Assembly: GCF_000315625.1 (NCBI RefSeq)
Contig: NW_005434659.1
Coordinates: forward strand, 699,848 to 763,847
DNA: 64,000 nucleotides
Direction: 5' to 3'
Source of the DNA: Guillardia theta CCMP2712
Taxonomy: Eukaryota > Protista > Cryptophyta
This document shows positions 47,328 to 58,784 of the stretch, in pieces. The position numbers were made by a program, and so were the translations under genes. Numbering within the stretch: the stretch's first letter is position 1; the number at the start of each line of letters is the position of its first letter. The notes beneath the pieces were generated by a model that saw nothing but the letters and a program-made list of their open reading frames with translations, was not told the DNA's origin and searched no databases.

Positions 47328-48743
47328 ATGCAGACCATAATCCTAGCAGTCGCTCTGGTTTCCTCGATAGCGTGGACGAATGCAGCACAGGGCCCTCTGT
47401 TACTCCCTGCTCAGGAATCTCTTGCAAAGATCCAACGACATGGCTATGTGCCGTTCAAGAGACACATTCCTTCCAACTTGAATCTTCGCGGTGGAGGAAA
47501 GGGTAACGTTCTCATCACCGGAGGTGCTGGGTACATTGGTACGCATTGTGCTGTTACGTTGCAAGAAGCTGGATACACAGTGATGATCCTGGACAACTTC
47601 AGCAACTCATGCAAGAAGAGTATTGAGAGAGTTGGAGAGATCACTGGGAAGTCGATCGAGAAAGTGTTTGATGTGGATATTCGTGACAAGGCAGCGCTGG
47701 ATAAAGTGTTCAAGGAAAACAAGGTTGACGCGGTAATTCACTGTGCGGGCTTGAAAGCTGTGGGCGAATCGGTGAGAGAGCCAATCGCATATTATGAAAA
47801 CAATTTTGTTGGAGCTCTCAATTTGATCAAGGCCATGTCTGCAGCAGGATGCAAGAAAATCGTCTTCTCTTCGTCTGCCACTGTGTATGGGAACCCTGCC
47901 AAGGTACCTATTACCGAGGATTTCCCACTGCAATGCACAAACCCCTACGGGAGAACCAAGTTCTTCATCGAAGAGATGTTGCGTGATGTAGCCAATGCAG
48001 ATCCAGAATGGAAGGTCATCAACTTGAGATATTTCAATCCTGTGGGAGCACATTCGAGTGGCAAGATCGGAGAGGACCCATCGGGCATTCCCAACAATCT
48101 TATGCCTTACGTGACCAAGGTTGCAATCGGCAAGCTCGAGAAGTTGACTGTGTTTGGAGACGACTACGACACTCCCGACGGCACCGGAGTCCGCGACTAC
48201 ATCCATGTGATGGATCTTGCCAAGGGACATGTTGCTGCTGTGGACAAGCTCTTCTCGATCGAAGGGGAGGTGAGCGACATGCGTAGTGTCGCTCTTGCAC
48301 GCTGATAGCATGCAGGTTGTGTACAACCTGGGAACTGGTCATGGGTACTCCGTCCTTGATATGGTCAAGGCGATGAAGGAGGTGATGAATCTTTCAGTCT
48401 CGTTTTGTTTGGAGTTGACGAAGGGGAAAACTCGATCAGGCGAGCGGCAGAGAAGTTCCATACGTGATTGGGCCGCGTCGATCAGGAGATGTGCCCACGT
48501 GCTATGCTGATGCAGCAAAGGCAAAGCAGGAGCTGGTCAGTCGATCGAAGTGTTGAGATGGTACTCTGACATCCTACTTAGCACTGGGAGGCCAAACTTG
48601 GGGTAAAGGAGATGTGCCAAGACGCGTGGAACTGGCAGGTAGAGCCCTTCCCCTCCTTACTCCTTCCCCTCCTCACTCCTTCGCAGTGCAAGAACCCCAA
48701 TGGCTACCGGGAAGAAGCTGAGCTCGCTGGTGCGAAGAAGTAA
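47328..48743 (+). CDS. GALE: UDP-glucose 4-epimerase with signal+transit leader ending in LRGG
   Basis: [58 protein letters not shown]; four introns at the 3' end. Confidence 0.95.
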
Positions 48744-49041
48744 TCTGATCGGATCAGGCTGAGGCCTTGAGGCGGCACACACATGTTCGCCTCATTTGCT
48801 GATGAGCACGTATGGGTCACATCGCTTGTCCGCCATCACCACGAGGATGTCAAGGGCAGGGCATGACTACCTCATATACGTTAGCCCTGTTTACTAAAAT
48901 GAAGTATGAGCCAGTTCGTCCCCAGGCTGCTTCAATCAGGAAAATCTCTCCCGTCCATGGAGGCTCCAACAGCAGCTTCTTCAACTATGGACCATCCTCT
49001 CCTCGCTCTTTGTGTGCTGTGATATCCCTGTCTTCTTCGAA

Positions 49042-51273
49042 TCACAGGGGGCTGCCCTCCACCGGCTGTCCCAGTAGAGGATCCATGCTTTCTTCCATCT
49101 CCTCATACGTCCCCTGTCAAACGGCACAGTCAGACCTGCAGCAATCTTAGCAAGAACCTGAGCTGACCTGGTACCAAGATAAGGCCAGGAGTCCGATGCT
49201 CGTGGCTCCGAGGATACAGGCAGCGACCAGCAGGCAGATGACGAGAAGCGAAGGTCCACCATGCGGCACCGCGAAGATGGCGAAGACAGAGCTGCCAGTA
49301 TCGAGGATGACGTGGATTCCCTTCTGCCTTGGGGTTCCAACCTCAAGGATGGCATAGTAGATGTAAGAGTTGCTCGTCGTCATAGGAATCCTCTCCACGT
49401 CGTGCGTGAACCCCAGGAGCCTCCTTTGCCCACCCAGCGATGGGTTGTGCAGGGGCGGCTCCTCATCACTCACCATCATCCCGTTCTGTACAGGATACGC
49501 GCCTCCCTGTTCTGCTGGCATTTGTGGGCTCGCGTACTGAGGAGCGTACTGGCCCGCCGCTGAGTAGCTCCCCTGCTGCGGCGGGAAGGCAGGGCCGGCG
49601 TCCATGGGATGAGACACGAAGGTCTGATATTGGACCTGCTGCGAGCCCGGGCTCGGTATCATGGGTTGGACACGCTGACTTGCGCTTTGAACCACAGGGG
49701 AGATAGACTGCTGCTGCTGCTGCTCCTCAGGACGGATGGGAATCGCCGGGATGGTCATGGGCTGAGGTTTCTGAACCTTCTTCTTGCCGAGAGGAACATG
49801 GTTGCGATCCCCAATCTTCTTGAACTGAGTGGTGAGCTGATAGCCAGGGGCTCGTTGGCCAAGCGTGACCTTTGGTTGCATCGGATCGTTGAGGTCATGT
49901 ACGACTACCATCCTCCGGAAGAAGACATCTCCGAGCAGGAAAGTTCGAGGAGTTGACTTCATCTTCATCACGCAAGGCTTGTCGTCCACCATGTAGTCGT
50001 CGTACGGCAGGGAGAACGTCTGCCCCTCGATGGTGATGTAGATGGTGGGCTCATCGAGATCACCGAAGTACTTCTGGAAGGACTTGAAGGGGCTTGCAAG
50101 TAGCCCCCCCTCAAACGTGTCGTCGGGAACCACCAGGCAGGATGTACCGGAGTCAAGGATGGCCTGGATGGCGATGGACTGATCCCGAAACTGCAGGAGC
50201 TCGTGATCACCGATCTTGAGGCTCTGCACGTCGATCATGTAGTGCATGAATGCTGATGTGCCGTCGCCGAGCGGGCTGGCCCTCACCCCTGTCGTCACCG
50301 TCTTGCCCTTCACTGAAGATGGGTCGTATCCTCCCAAGACCAGCTCCCCCCGGTCCTCCGAGAGCATAAGGGTGAACACTCGATTCATGAGGATGTTGCT
50401 GTTGTCCTCGTCTGCTTTCGTTGGGTCTGTGAGCGCCCAGAACAAAGGATAAGGAACGCTGCGCAGAGCCGCTGCCGGGAAACCCATGCCGAGAATGCCG
50501 TCTGCCTGCGCCCAGTCGTGTCCCTTGCTCTTGGTCACGCATCCGAAGCGTGTGTTGACGTAGTAGCTGCCCAGTTGCACTACGTCCTTGGCTACGAAGC
50601 CAGTGAGAGAGGCGTCATCGAGGTACTCGACCTTGAAGAGCTGCTCTTCGTTGTAAAAGGATGTGCTCTTATTCGGATGAAATTGCCCGCACATGCTTGA
50701 TGCCACGAGCGAGACAAGAATCAAGCTCTTCAACAGCCCGCCAGTGAAGGTTGGCGAACATATCGGACGACAGTGGGCGGCCACGTGCGAAGCTAGTCTC
50801 ATCCTCGAGTCCTGGTTCATACAGGTAGTGTTGCAAGTGATAGATGATGGCTCAGACGCAAGAAGGGAAGGAGGGCATGAATGATAGGTCTGGGAGGGAG
50901 TGTGGACCACAGTAGAATCCATTGCAAGATCGAGAGGGCACGGAGATGCTGGTGACGAAGAGGATGGCAGCACCTCAGAGAGAGGAGGAGGAGGAGACTC
51001 CGAAGAAGCAGCAAGCAGCTCCTCCGGCCCCCCTCCATGGTAGAGGCAGCCGCCGCCTCCCTCTCCTGCCCCCATGACGTGGGTGCTGTTTGGTGTAATT
51101 TGACCCCATCCCCACTCATTCCCTTGAACTTCATTGTAGCCCTCATCCCCTAACATATAATCCTCAGAGGCAGAAAGGCGGGCTCTATGCAGCAGGAACG
51201 GGGCATGCGGAGAGATAGCGCTGAAGATGCTGCCGCTGCTGTCAGGAGAAGGTGGACAGGATGGTTCTGTCAT
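49042..51273 (-). CDS. Pepsin-family (A1) aspartic protease, membrane-anchored, apparently circularly permuted
   Basis: ORF 49147..51273 contains DGILGMGF, AILDSGTS and FLLGDVFFR, later YYAILEVGTP..VILDTGSS, then a TM helix. Probable last exon GTYEEMEESMDPLLG..* ends at 49042. The start may be M158 (50802). Confidence 0.85.
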
Positions 51274-51427
51274 GCCATGATCTCTGATTGATACTTCCTC
51301 GTCCTCGTTGGGTTGTCTTCCGAGAGAGATACGAAGAGATAAAGAATAGGGTTGGGAGAAGGAAAGGCGGATCTGGATAGGAAGGATAGAGATACAGAGA
51401 GGAAGACATCTATTCCTCTGTATACAG

Positions 51428-53547
51428 ATGTCACAAATAGATGTTTCTTGCTCAAACTTGTTGCTGTTGAGTTTACTCTATCCTATGCTTGCGCAAGGGT
51501 GGTCAGGTCGATGGCACCAATGTGTCTCAGGTTTTCGACCCACGATGAGGCTCCGATTGAGGGGAGGGAGCGACGAAATGGAGTATGGCACAGGAAACGC
51601 GAGTAAATTCTGCAAAGACATTCATGAGATTCCGGACGATTCATCGTCATGGATACGGAGGAATAAGACTGATGTTTCCTCATATGCCATGGATGTTGTC
51701 AGGATAAGATTCGGCAGACATGATCAGTTAGAGAGTGGAAGGCTGGTGGGATACAAGCCACTGTTTGTTCACCAGGTATTCGGGTACGATGAGCTCATCG
51801 ATGGATACATCGACCCATCTTGCAACGTCACATATGCAGAAGATGATCTCCGACCGCTCATTTCCTTCTCAAGCAAGGGCAAGCACCCAGATATAGAAAA
51901 GTCTGGACTGAACTTGACCGATGTGGTTGGAAGCATCCACGAGCATGCTCCTGCAGATTACATTGCCGTCCAAGAGGCTGGCAAGAGGTATCCGCCTTTC
52001 AAGCCAATGGGACAGTACCTGAATTATTACTCTGGATATGACATTGGTCTGTGTGAGAGGGAAGTGACGGAAATGAACGAGCAAAGGGGAGGATCTGTCA
52101 GATTCGAGATGTACCAGTGCCATGTTTCCTCTGATATGAGCCCGGAAATCAAAAACTTCTTCATGCGCACACAAAGTCTTGCCATCTGGTTCATCGAAGC
52201 CCTCTCCTACATTGAGCTCGACGACCCTGGATGGTCCATTGTACTGACTTACGAGGCAACCACTTTGAATTCAAAGAAGACAGCCAACGTGGAGGAAGTT
52301 AGATATCGACTCGTAGGGTTCGCCACTCTCTACCGTCATCGGCTTGTCAATGTGTGGGTTGAGTTCGAGGGGTGACTTTCTGACTCCTCCTGTAGACGAC
52401 GATGGAAAAGGTAAAGGATATCACACCCAACCTGGAAGATGTCGTTGGACGGAATGATATATTCCGTTTGAATATCAGTCAGTTTTTGATTCTTCCTGAG
52501 TATCAGCGAAAGGTGGATTGCTTTGATACTTGCAATGAAGCAAGAAAGTAATGATGTCCTAGGGACATGGCGCCCAAATGATGCGACAAATCTACAAGAT
52601 TGCCATGAAAGATGACAAGGTTGAAATCAACCTTGTTTTTGAGGTAAAAGTAATATCTATTTCAGTTGCTGGATCTACAAGTGGAAGATCCAACCGATGG
52701 ATTTCAAGAGATGAGGGTAAAATTTTCGTACGATCGATCCTCAACTCACTCCCACGAAGATGAAAATAGAGCTGGACATGCTGAGGGAGTCGAAACTCAT
52801 GGATCAGCTTCGCGGAAATTCACCTTCCTGGGGATCTTTACAGAAAAAGTGAAACAGGCTTGAATATTGAGAACATTCATTGAGCAATTGAGTTTTTATG
52901 TTGATCAGGTATAAGTTCCACATGGTAGAACTCTTTGATCTGGCACAAAAGTTGGGCTGTAAGGTGAAAGTCTGACCCGTAACATGTTGAGATTGTGCTC
53001 ATTTGATCTCCTGTGCTACTTTGAGCAGGTGGGCAGAAGAGGCGTCAAAGAAGATTCGTCTGGCATGAAGACAGTTGCTGGAGTTGTTGTCAACATGACC
53101 TACGTTTACGAGGTGAATTCAATCCTGACATGTCTCTCGACTTTAGTTGCCTTTTCTCTTGACTTCCCTTGCCTGCATTTCGCAGAGATCTGCCATCGTA
53201 GGCTTCACCATGTCAGAAGTGGATGATGTCCTGCAAGCCATTCTCCCAGAGGATCTACGTCAAACGACCGGTCCACAAGACGCGGCTGAGAAACTCCTGG
53301 TCGCAATATACATGGCGGTTGTTGCCGACTACGGGCAGGTTGGTTTGGTCTGCTGCTCTACCTTGCAAGTTGCTGACTTCCACAGGCGGAGGGCCTCTCA
53401 GATCAGCAGGTCGATCAGCTGCTGGAGAGTGTGGACTCCGGTCGCCTTAAGGAACTCCAAAGTCCTCGAGACATCGCCAGATTGGTCTTGCCGCTGATTG
53501 GCATGATTAAGAAAGGTCTCAACCCCAAAGCAATGACGGACGATTGA
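51428..53547 (+). CDS. HAT1: Histone acetyltransferase type B catalytic subunit (HAT1-like) with signal+transit leader ending in RLRGG
   Basis: Hat1_N FVHQVFGYDELIDGY; IWFIEALSYIELDDPGW; LVGFATLY; RLNISQFLILPEYQRK|GHG; LQVEDPTDGFQEMR. Confidence 0.88.
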
Positions 53548-53592
53548 AGTCAATGAAACATGATTCACTTGGAGAATTTATGTGACAATTTA

Positions 53593-54501
53593 TCTATTTG
53601 TTACTCAGTGCTTCAAGATGCCGAGGAACACTGCTAGGAAAGGCTCAATTTCTGACTTCTTTACCTTGGAAGTGTGCTGGATGGAGCGATAGAGAATCGC
53701 ACGCCCTGCAAACCCTACAGGAGAAATTCATTGCAACATTCGGACCGTTCGCCTTCACCCTTACCACGTTCCGTCCCCTCCGAACTTCCCCCAATTTGGT
53801 TAGGGCCGAGAGATATTCATCGATCTGGACTTTCCCGATCCCTGTCTTGGAAGCGATGTCTGAAGCTTTCATGGGGTTTGAGCTTTCAGAGATTTTCCTT
53901 AAAACCTGTACAGAACTTAGTAGTTGATGGCTGCTAAATTCCTTGCTGCGTACCATCTCTAATTGCTTGAGGTGAAGTGTTGTATGAAACTGAGCCCTGT
54001 CAGAGTTCTGCCTTGTCCAAACAAGTTCTGGCACACCTTCTTTGGAAGTTTTTCTTTGAAGAACTCTTGGATTTGTGAGGAGCTGGGTAGCTTCACTGCT
54101 GCTGTTTCCGAGATGTCATCTTGCTCGACGTCATCGTGCAGTTCATCGCTCCCTAATGATCTGTTCTCCTTCTCTTGAACCGCCTTCTGTGTATTCTGAT
54201 TCATCAACAGCTCGATCTCAGCAGAAATTTCAATCAAAAAGATGCGAAGACACCTTGCTGACATCGAGATCTAGAGCAACAGCTGCCGTAACTACCCCAT
54301 TGAGCAATTTCTCCATTCCAGCATTGAACCTGGAAAGGAACCGTTCGATCAGCAATGGTCGACTTGTGAGATGACAAGAGAACTGTGTATCTACCCTATG
54401 ATGGATGTATTGACGTCCTTGAGTCGCTTCATGGCAACTGTCGCTTCCTCCGTTGCCCTCCGCGTCTCGTCCAGCAAAGCCGACACCCGCTCCCACGCCA
54501 T
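53593..54501 (-). CDS. Hypothetical protein: N-terminal coiled coil, C-terminal winged-helix-like segment
   Basis: MAWERVSALLDETRRATEE..; VLRKISESSNPMKASDIASKTGIGKVQIDEYLSALTKLGEVRR has a wHTH pattern. Confidence 0.6.
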
Positions 54502-55635
54502 TTCAAAACTCTTCTTCCTTTCGATCACCCCACCTCATCAGAAACAGGAGATGACTACCCCTGTTGCAAATGATGACCCCCCACCCCTTATGTCAGATGC
54601 TGACTACCCTACCTATGTCGACTGAAACTCGGTCTACCCTCCGTTTCCCCTTCCAACACACCCCTCGCATCTTACCACTGAACCGTTCATGAAATATTTC
54701 AAGTTGTCTTTTATTATTTCGTTACTTTGCCTCTGAAATTTAAAGTTTTGCCAAAAGGCGGGGGTTGCCGTGCCTACTCAAGTTCCTAGTACCACAATAG
54801 CACAAATCTCATATAGAGAGGTGATAGGACATTAAATGTGAAATGTGCGAGGCTGCCGTACGGACAGAGGGGTGGGGGTACTTTGGAAGGCACAATGGGT
54901 GGTCATTTTCATGGGATATTCCGGGTTGTTCATAGAGAATATGAGGGTGGGTACTTGCAGGAAGGGAGGTGGGGGTTACCAAGGTAAGGGTTCCGAAAGG
55001 TTGGTGGGCAGGTTGGTGGGTTCGAAAACATGGCGTGTAGAACGAGGAGCAGAGGGATGATGGGAGGCGAGAAAATGCGAGGAGAGAATGAAGAGGAGGA
55101 GTGATGAGACGATTATGAATGAAAAGATAATGGTGCAAAGCAGTGCTGACGTAAGAAGTAGGTTCGACCAATCTTCACCCTTCTTTCCTCGCCCTTTCCA
55201 TATCTCACTTTCTTTTTGACAATGCAGTTTATCCTTTATCCTTTATCCTTGATTATTAATCGCCATGACCTGTGTCCCAACTCGATTTGACTATCCTGTA
55301 GCTTAGTTTCTTCTTCTTGCTGACGAAGATCTTTTGATATTCTCTCTTTTGGTCTGTCTCATTTTTCAATTTAGACTATCTCATCCAACCATTCCGTGTA
55401 TGTCCGTCTTTGTCTACCCATTACACCACTTCCTGACCTTTCCTCACACTCCAATCCTTTTCTTTATAAACTTTATCATCATCATTCTACCCTACTTTGC
55501 TCTTCTCCCTTTTGTCCTTATGTACGAGCAGACCACTGTTTGAAAATTGGAGCGATACAACGGCCCCTCCGAGAGCAAGAAGACCTTTGCGAGCAAGGAG
55601 TAGAATATAGATCTTATTCGTAGAAGCAAAAATAG

Positions 55636-57426
55636 ATGAAATCAAAGTTTGAAGGATCATCAGAGCTAAGGAATTTCAATATCTTTGTCCTGAACGATTC
55701 TTGCAGAACTGGCAACATGGCTTGCCAAAAGTACCGGCTGCCGCCTTCGGAGCAGGAGATCTTGAAGAATGATGCATTCTTCTGCCGATTGAAGACAATG
55801 CCTTATACAGGGCTCCAGGTGTTGGATGTTTCGAACGGGAAGATCCCCAGGTTTTCGGAAAATCAGGGTCAATCCAAGCTTTCCCATCAATTCATCCCAC
55901 CAGTGTGTGTGGAGAGACTCAAAGAAGTTTGCTTGCTCGAGCCCGTCTGGAGCTGCAGCAACGAAGATGATGAAAATCTTCGGCATGAACTTCTAGACTG
56001 GACTGTGCAAATCCCGGAGAAGCTCCTCAATGGGGAGGTTTTCGTCAAGTTCTTAGATGGGAACTCGGCTGCCTTCGCAATATCCCATCCCTCCATCGTC
56101 CAGCATCTGTATGCAAACTGTGGATCAGATTTCCTCCATCCCAACTTCCAGATGTGGAGCCATCATCCTCCTCGCACCCTCGTGAGGCCGGTGCATGGCT
56201 CCGTCTACTTCATCTCCACCGCCGAGTCAGATCTGAGTCCCAGCATGTGCAAAGGAGGAAGCCTTTTCAAATGGAAGCAGTCGGGAGCAGCCCAGTACCT
56301 CAAAGTAAGCTTGCCTTTCTCTCCCTTTACTGGAAACCTGTCGGATCATCCTCCGATGCTGCACTACATCCCCTACGAGTGCACTCAGCCCGTCATGAAC
56401 AGTGAAGGAGCTGGTCAGCAGGAAGCGGAGAAGTGCTTCCTGATGCGCGTTTACACGCTCCACTCCTTCTCCTGCCCCTGCAAGTACTGCATTACTGCCA
56501 AGACCGGCAGCAAGGTGGAAGGGACCAATCGAAGTAATGCCAAGGAAAGGATGTACGATGAGATCTATGGCAAGGTCGCGCTCGTCCAGGTAATCCTTCT
56601 GTTTATGACTGTCTGCTCGTGAACCTGGGCCTCCCCATGTACCTTCTTCTCCTACCCCTTCTGCTTCTTGGATTTACGTGCTCCATCAGATCCTCGACTA
56701 CGAGTGGTCTAAGGGACAGAATCCATCGCAGACGTCGGGCAGCAGCCTGCCTCCAACTCCCCGCCTGACGGACAGGGCAAGCATGCTATCTCCTCTCTCC
56801 CCTGACTTGATCATCCACGCCAAGAGAAATTTGAGCGAGCAAATCCTTTGCCAGGAAGCAGGGAAAAAGACTCCTAAGGGGAAGGAGAACATGAATCCAC
56901 ACTCATCCTCAAACATTTCAGAGCTCAAGTCATCTATGGGAAAGCGTTTCGGGGTCAGGAAAACGTTCAAGACTTTGCCGCCGCATCTTTCTCTGCATGC
57001 AAGGCAGAGGTCACCCTGCTCAAAGCTTTCACCCTGCTCAAAGCTTTCACCTGATCGCTCCCTGGTCAACCATGAGCCTCACCGGTGATGTTCTGCTTTC
57101 CGATGCTCTTGCATGAGTTCGAGTCGCAGATCTCATCCGCTTGGCGAATTTCTGCTCAGCTCCATGAACTTGCCAACAGCTGAGGACGTGTCGGTGCATA
57201 CTGGAGCTTCACTGCTATATTTTTCAGAGGACACCTCCGACACCAGATCGAGCTTCTCCTCCTGCGAGACAGGAGCAAGCGTCCTCTCCGATGAAGCCTG
57301 GCAAAGCGAAACTTCACCATGGTGTCAAGGACTGGGTACCCCCCAATCAGGTGAGACCAGTCAATCCCGTTTTGACTCTCAACCTGCCCCGTCACGAAAG
57401 CCACTTTTGCTCTGCCATGGTCGGTG
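55636..57426 (+). CDS. Hypothetical protein with S/P-rich C-terminus
   Basis: 328-aa ORF plus downstream ORFs 56678..57088 and 57113..57427 joined by plausible introns; no family recognised. Confidence 0.55.
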
Positions 57427-57559
57427 ATGATTTTCCTTTAGTACTCAACTCGGAATTCAATTTTGAGTCGACAAGTCTAGAAATCACCAGGTTCTTTCCC
57501 TCTCCATTTTCTTGCTCCTCTCTTCCTCTTCCTCACCTTATCCTTCTCCTCTTTATCTC

Positions 57560-58437
57560 TGTTTCACGCTTTCAATGACATACCGACAGTGAGGAGACTT
57601 TGGAGTTGGAACAGGACTGGTTTGCTTTGCCGATCGGCAACAACGAAAAAGAGGTCTAGAGTAGGGGAAGGAGATAGGGGCTCTTTCAGCTTGTTTATTG
57701 TCTCCCTTCCTCCCTCCGCATGCTCCTGAGGGCCAGCAGCCACCTCAGACGCTTTGGAATTCCATGCTGCGTGTAAGATAATCGATATACAAAAGAACAG
57801 GCTTACCATCATGCCCATCGACGACCTCCGGTAGCAGAGGGCCTTTATGAGCTTCCTCCCATCTCCTGCGAGGCGCAAGGAGGGAAGTTTGTGTGATGCT
57901 GACGCGTTCGGCTCCTTTCCAGCGGATCTTGGCAGCTCTTCCCCAAAGGCCTTTAGTAGTCCTTTCCAGCCAGCACGAGAGAGATGCTGTGCTTCCTCCT
58001 GGTCGAGAGTCGCGTCGATGTCTTGGTCATCGATATCCTCCTCCTTGTCGACATCCTTGTACTTCTCCTCCGCTCCACCTGCGAGTCCAACGGGCCGTCC
58101 TCCACTCAGGAATCATCAAGGTGAAGATTCAGAGTCACCCCATCCACCCTTGTCCGCATGTGTCACCATCGCTTGGATCTCCTTGGACAATTCTGCCAGC
58201 GTTTTCTTATCCCAGAAACTCGTTGGGTCAACCTTTTCCTCTGGTTACTCCGAGCTCGCTAGCAGTGCAGGTACCTTCTCCTTGGTATCTGCGCTTCCCT
58301 CCTTGCCGCTTGTAGGTTTTGGAGCTTCAGGGGGCGGAGGAGGTTTCTTGACAGAGACGAAGACGAAGGTCTTGCACAACTTTGCCTCCTGCTCGCTGGC
58401 TGCGACGAAAGTCTTGGCATCAGCCTGCTCCACCATG
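57560..58437 (-). CDS. Hypothetical multi-exon protein (acidic/proline-rich)
   Basis: Exon-like peptides MVEQADAKTF..KEK, EEKVDPTSFWDKKTLAELSKEIQAM and YKDVDKEEDIDDQDIDATLDQ between splice signals. Confidence 0.45.
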
Positions 58438-58784
58438 TGAGATCTCAACAGCTGAAAAAGGGACGTCAACCTTGGTGGTCTGATGTCGATACCCCGGATA
58501 CAATCTTTGATCAAAAGGAATAATCTTGCGGAGGATGAGCCCTGATCGCAGTCAAGGGGAGCAGGAGCAGGCGAAGGAGGAGCAGGAGGAGCAGGAGGAG
58601 GAGGCAAAGGAGGAGGAGGAGGAGGAGGAGCAGGAGGGGGAGGGCAGGAGCAGAAGCAGGAGGCAGGAATAGTGGTCACCTGCTTCTTTCGCTCTCTCCT
58701 CTACACCCCATTCCGAGTACGGCGGTCTCACCTTAATGGTGACGTGGATTTGTCCTTCGTCTCTGACTACCAGTCACTGCCGAC

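Noticed and set aside
57010-57055. 18-bp exact duplication (SPCSKL x2)
   Set aside because: Ordinary in-frame slippage in a low-complexity tail; no sign of a target-site duplication around an insert
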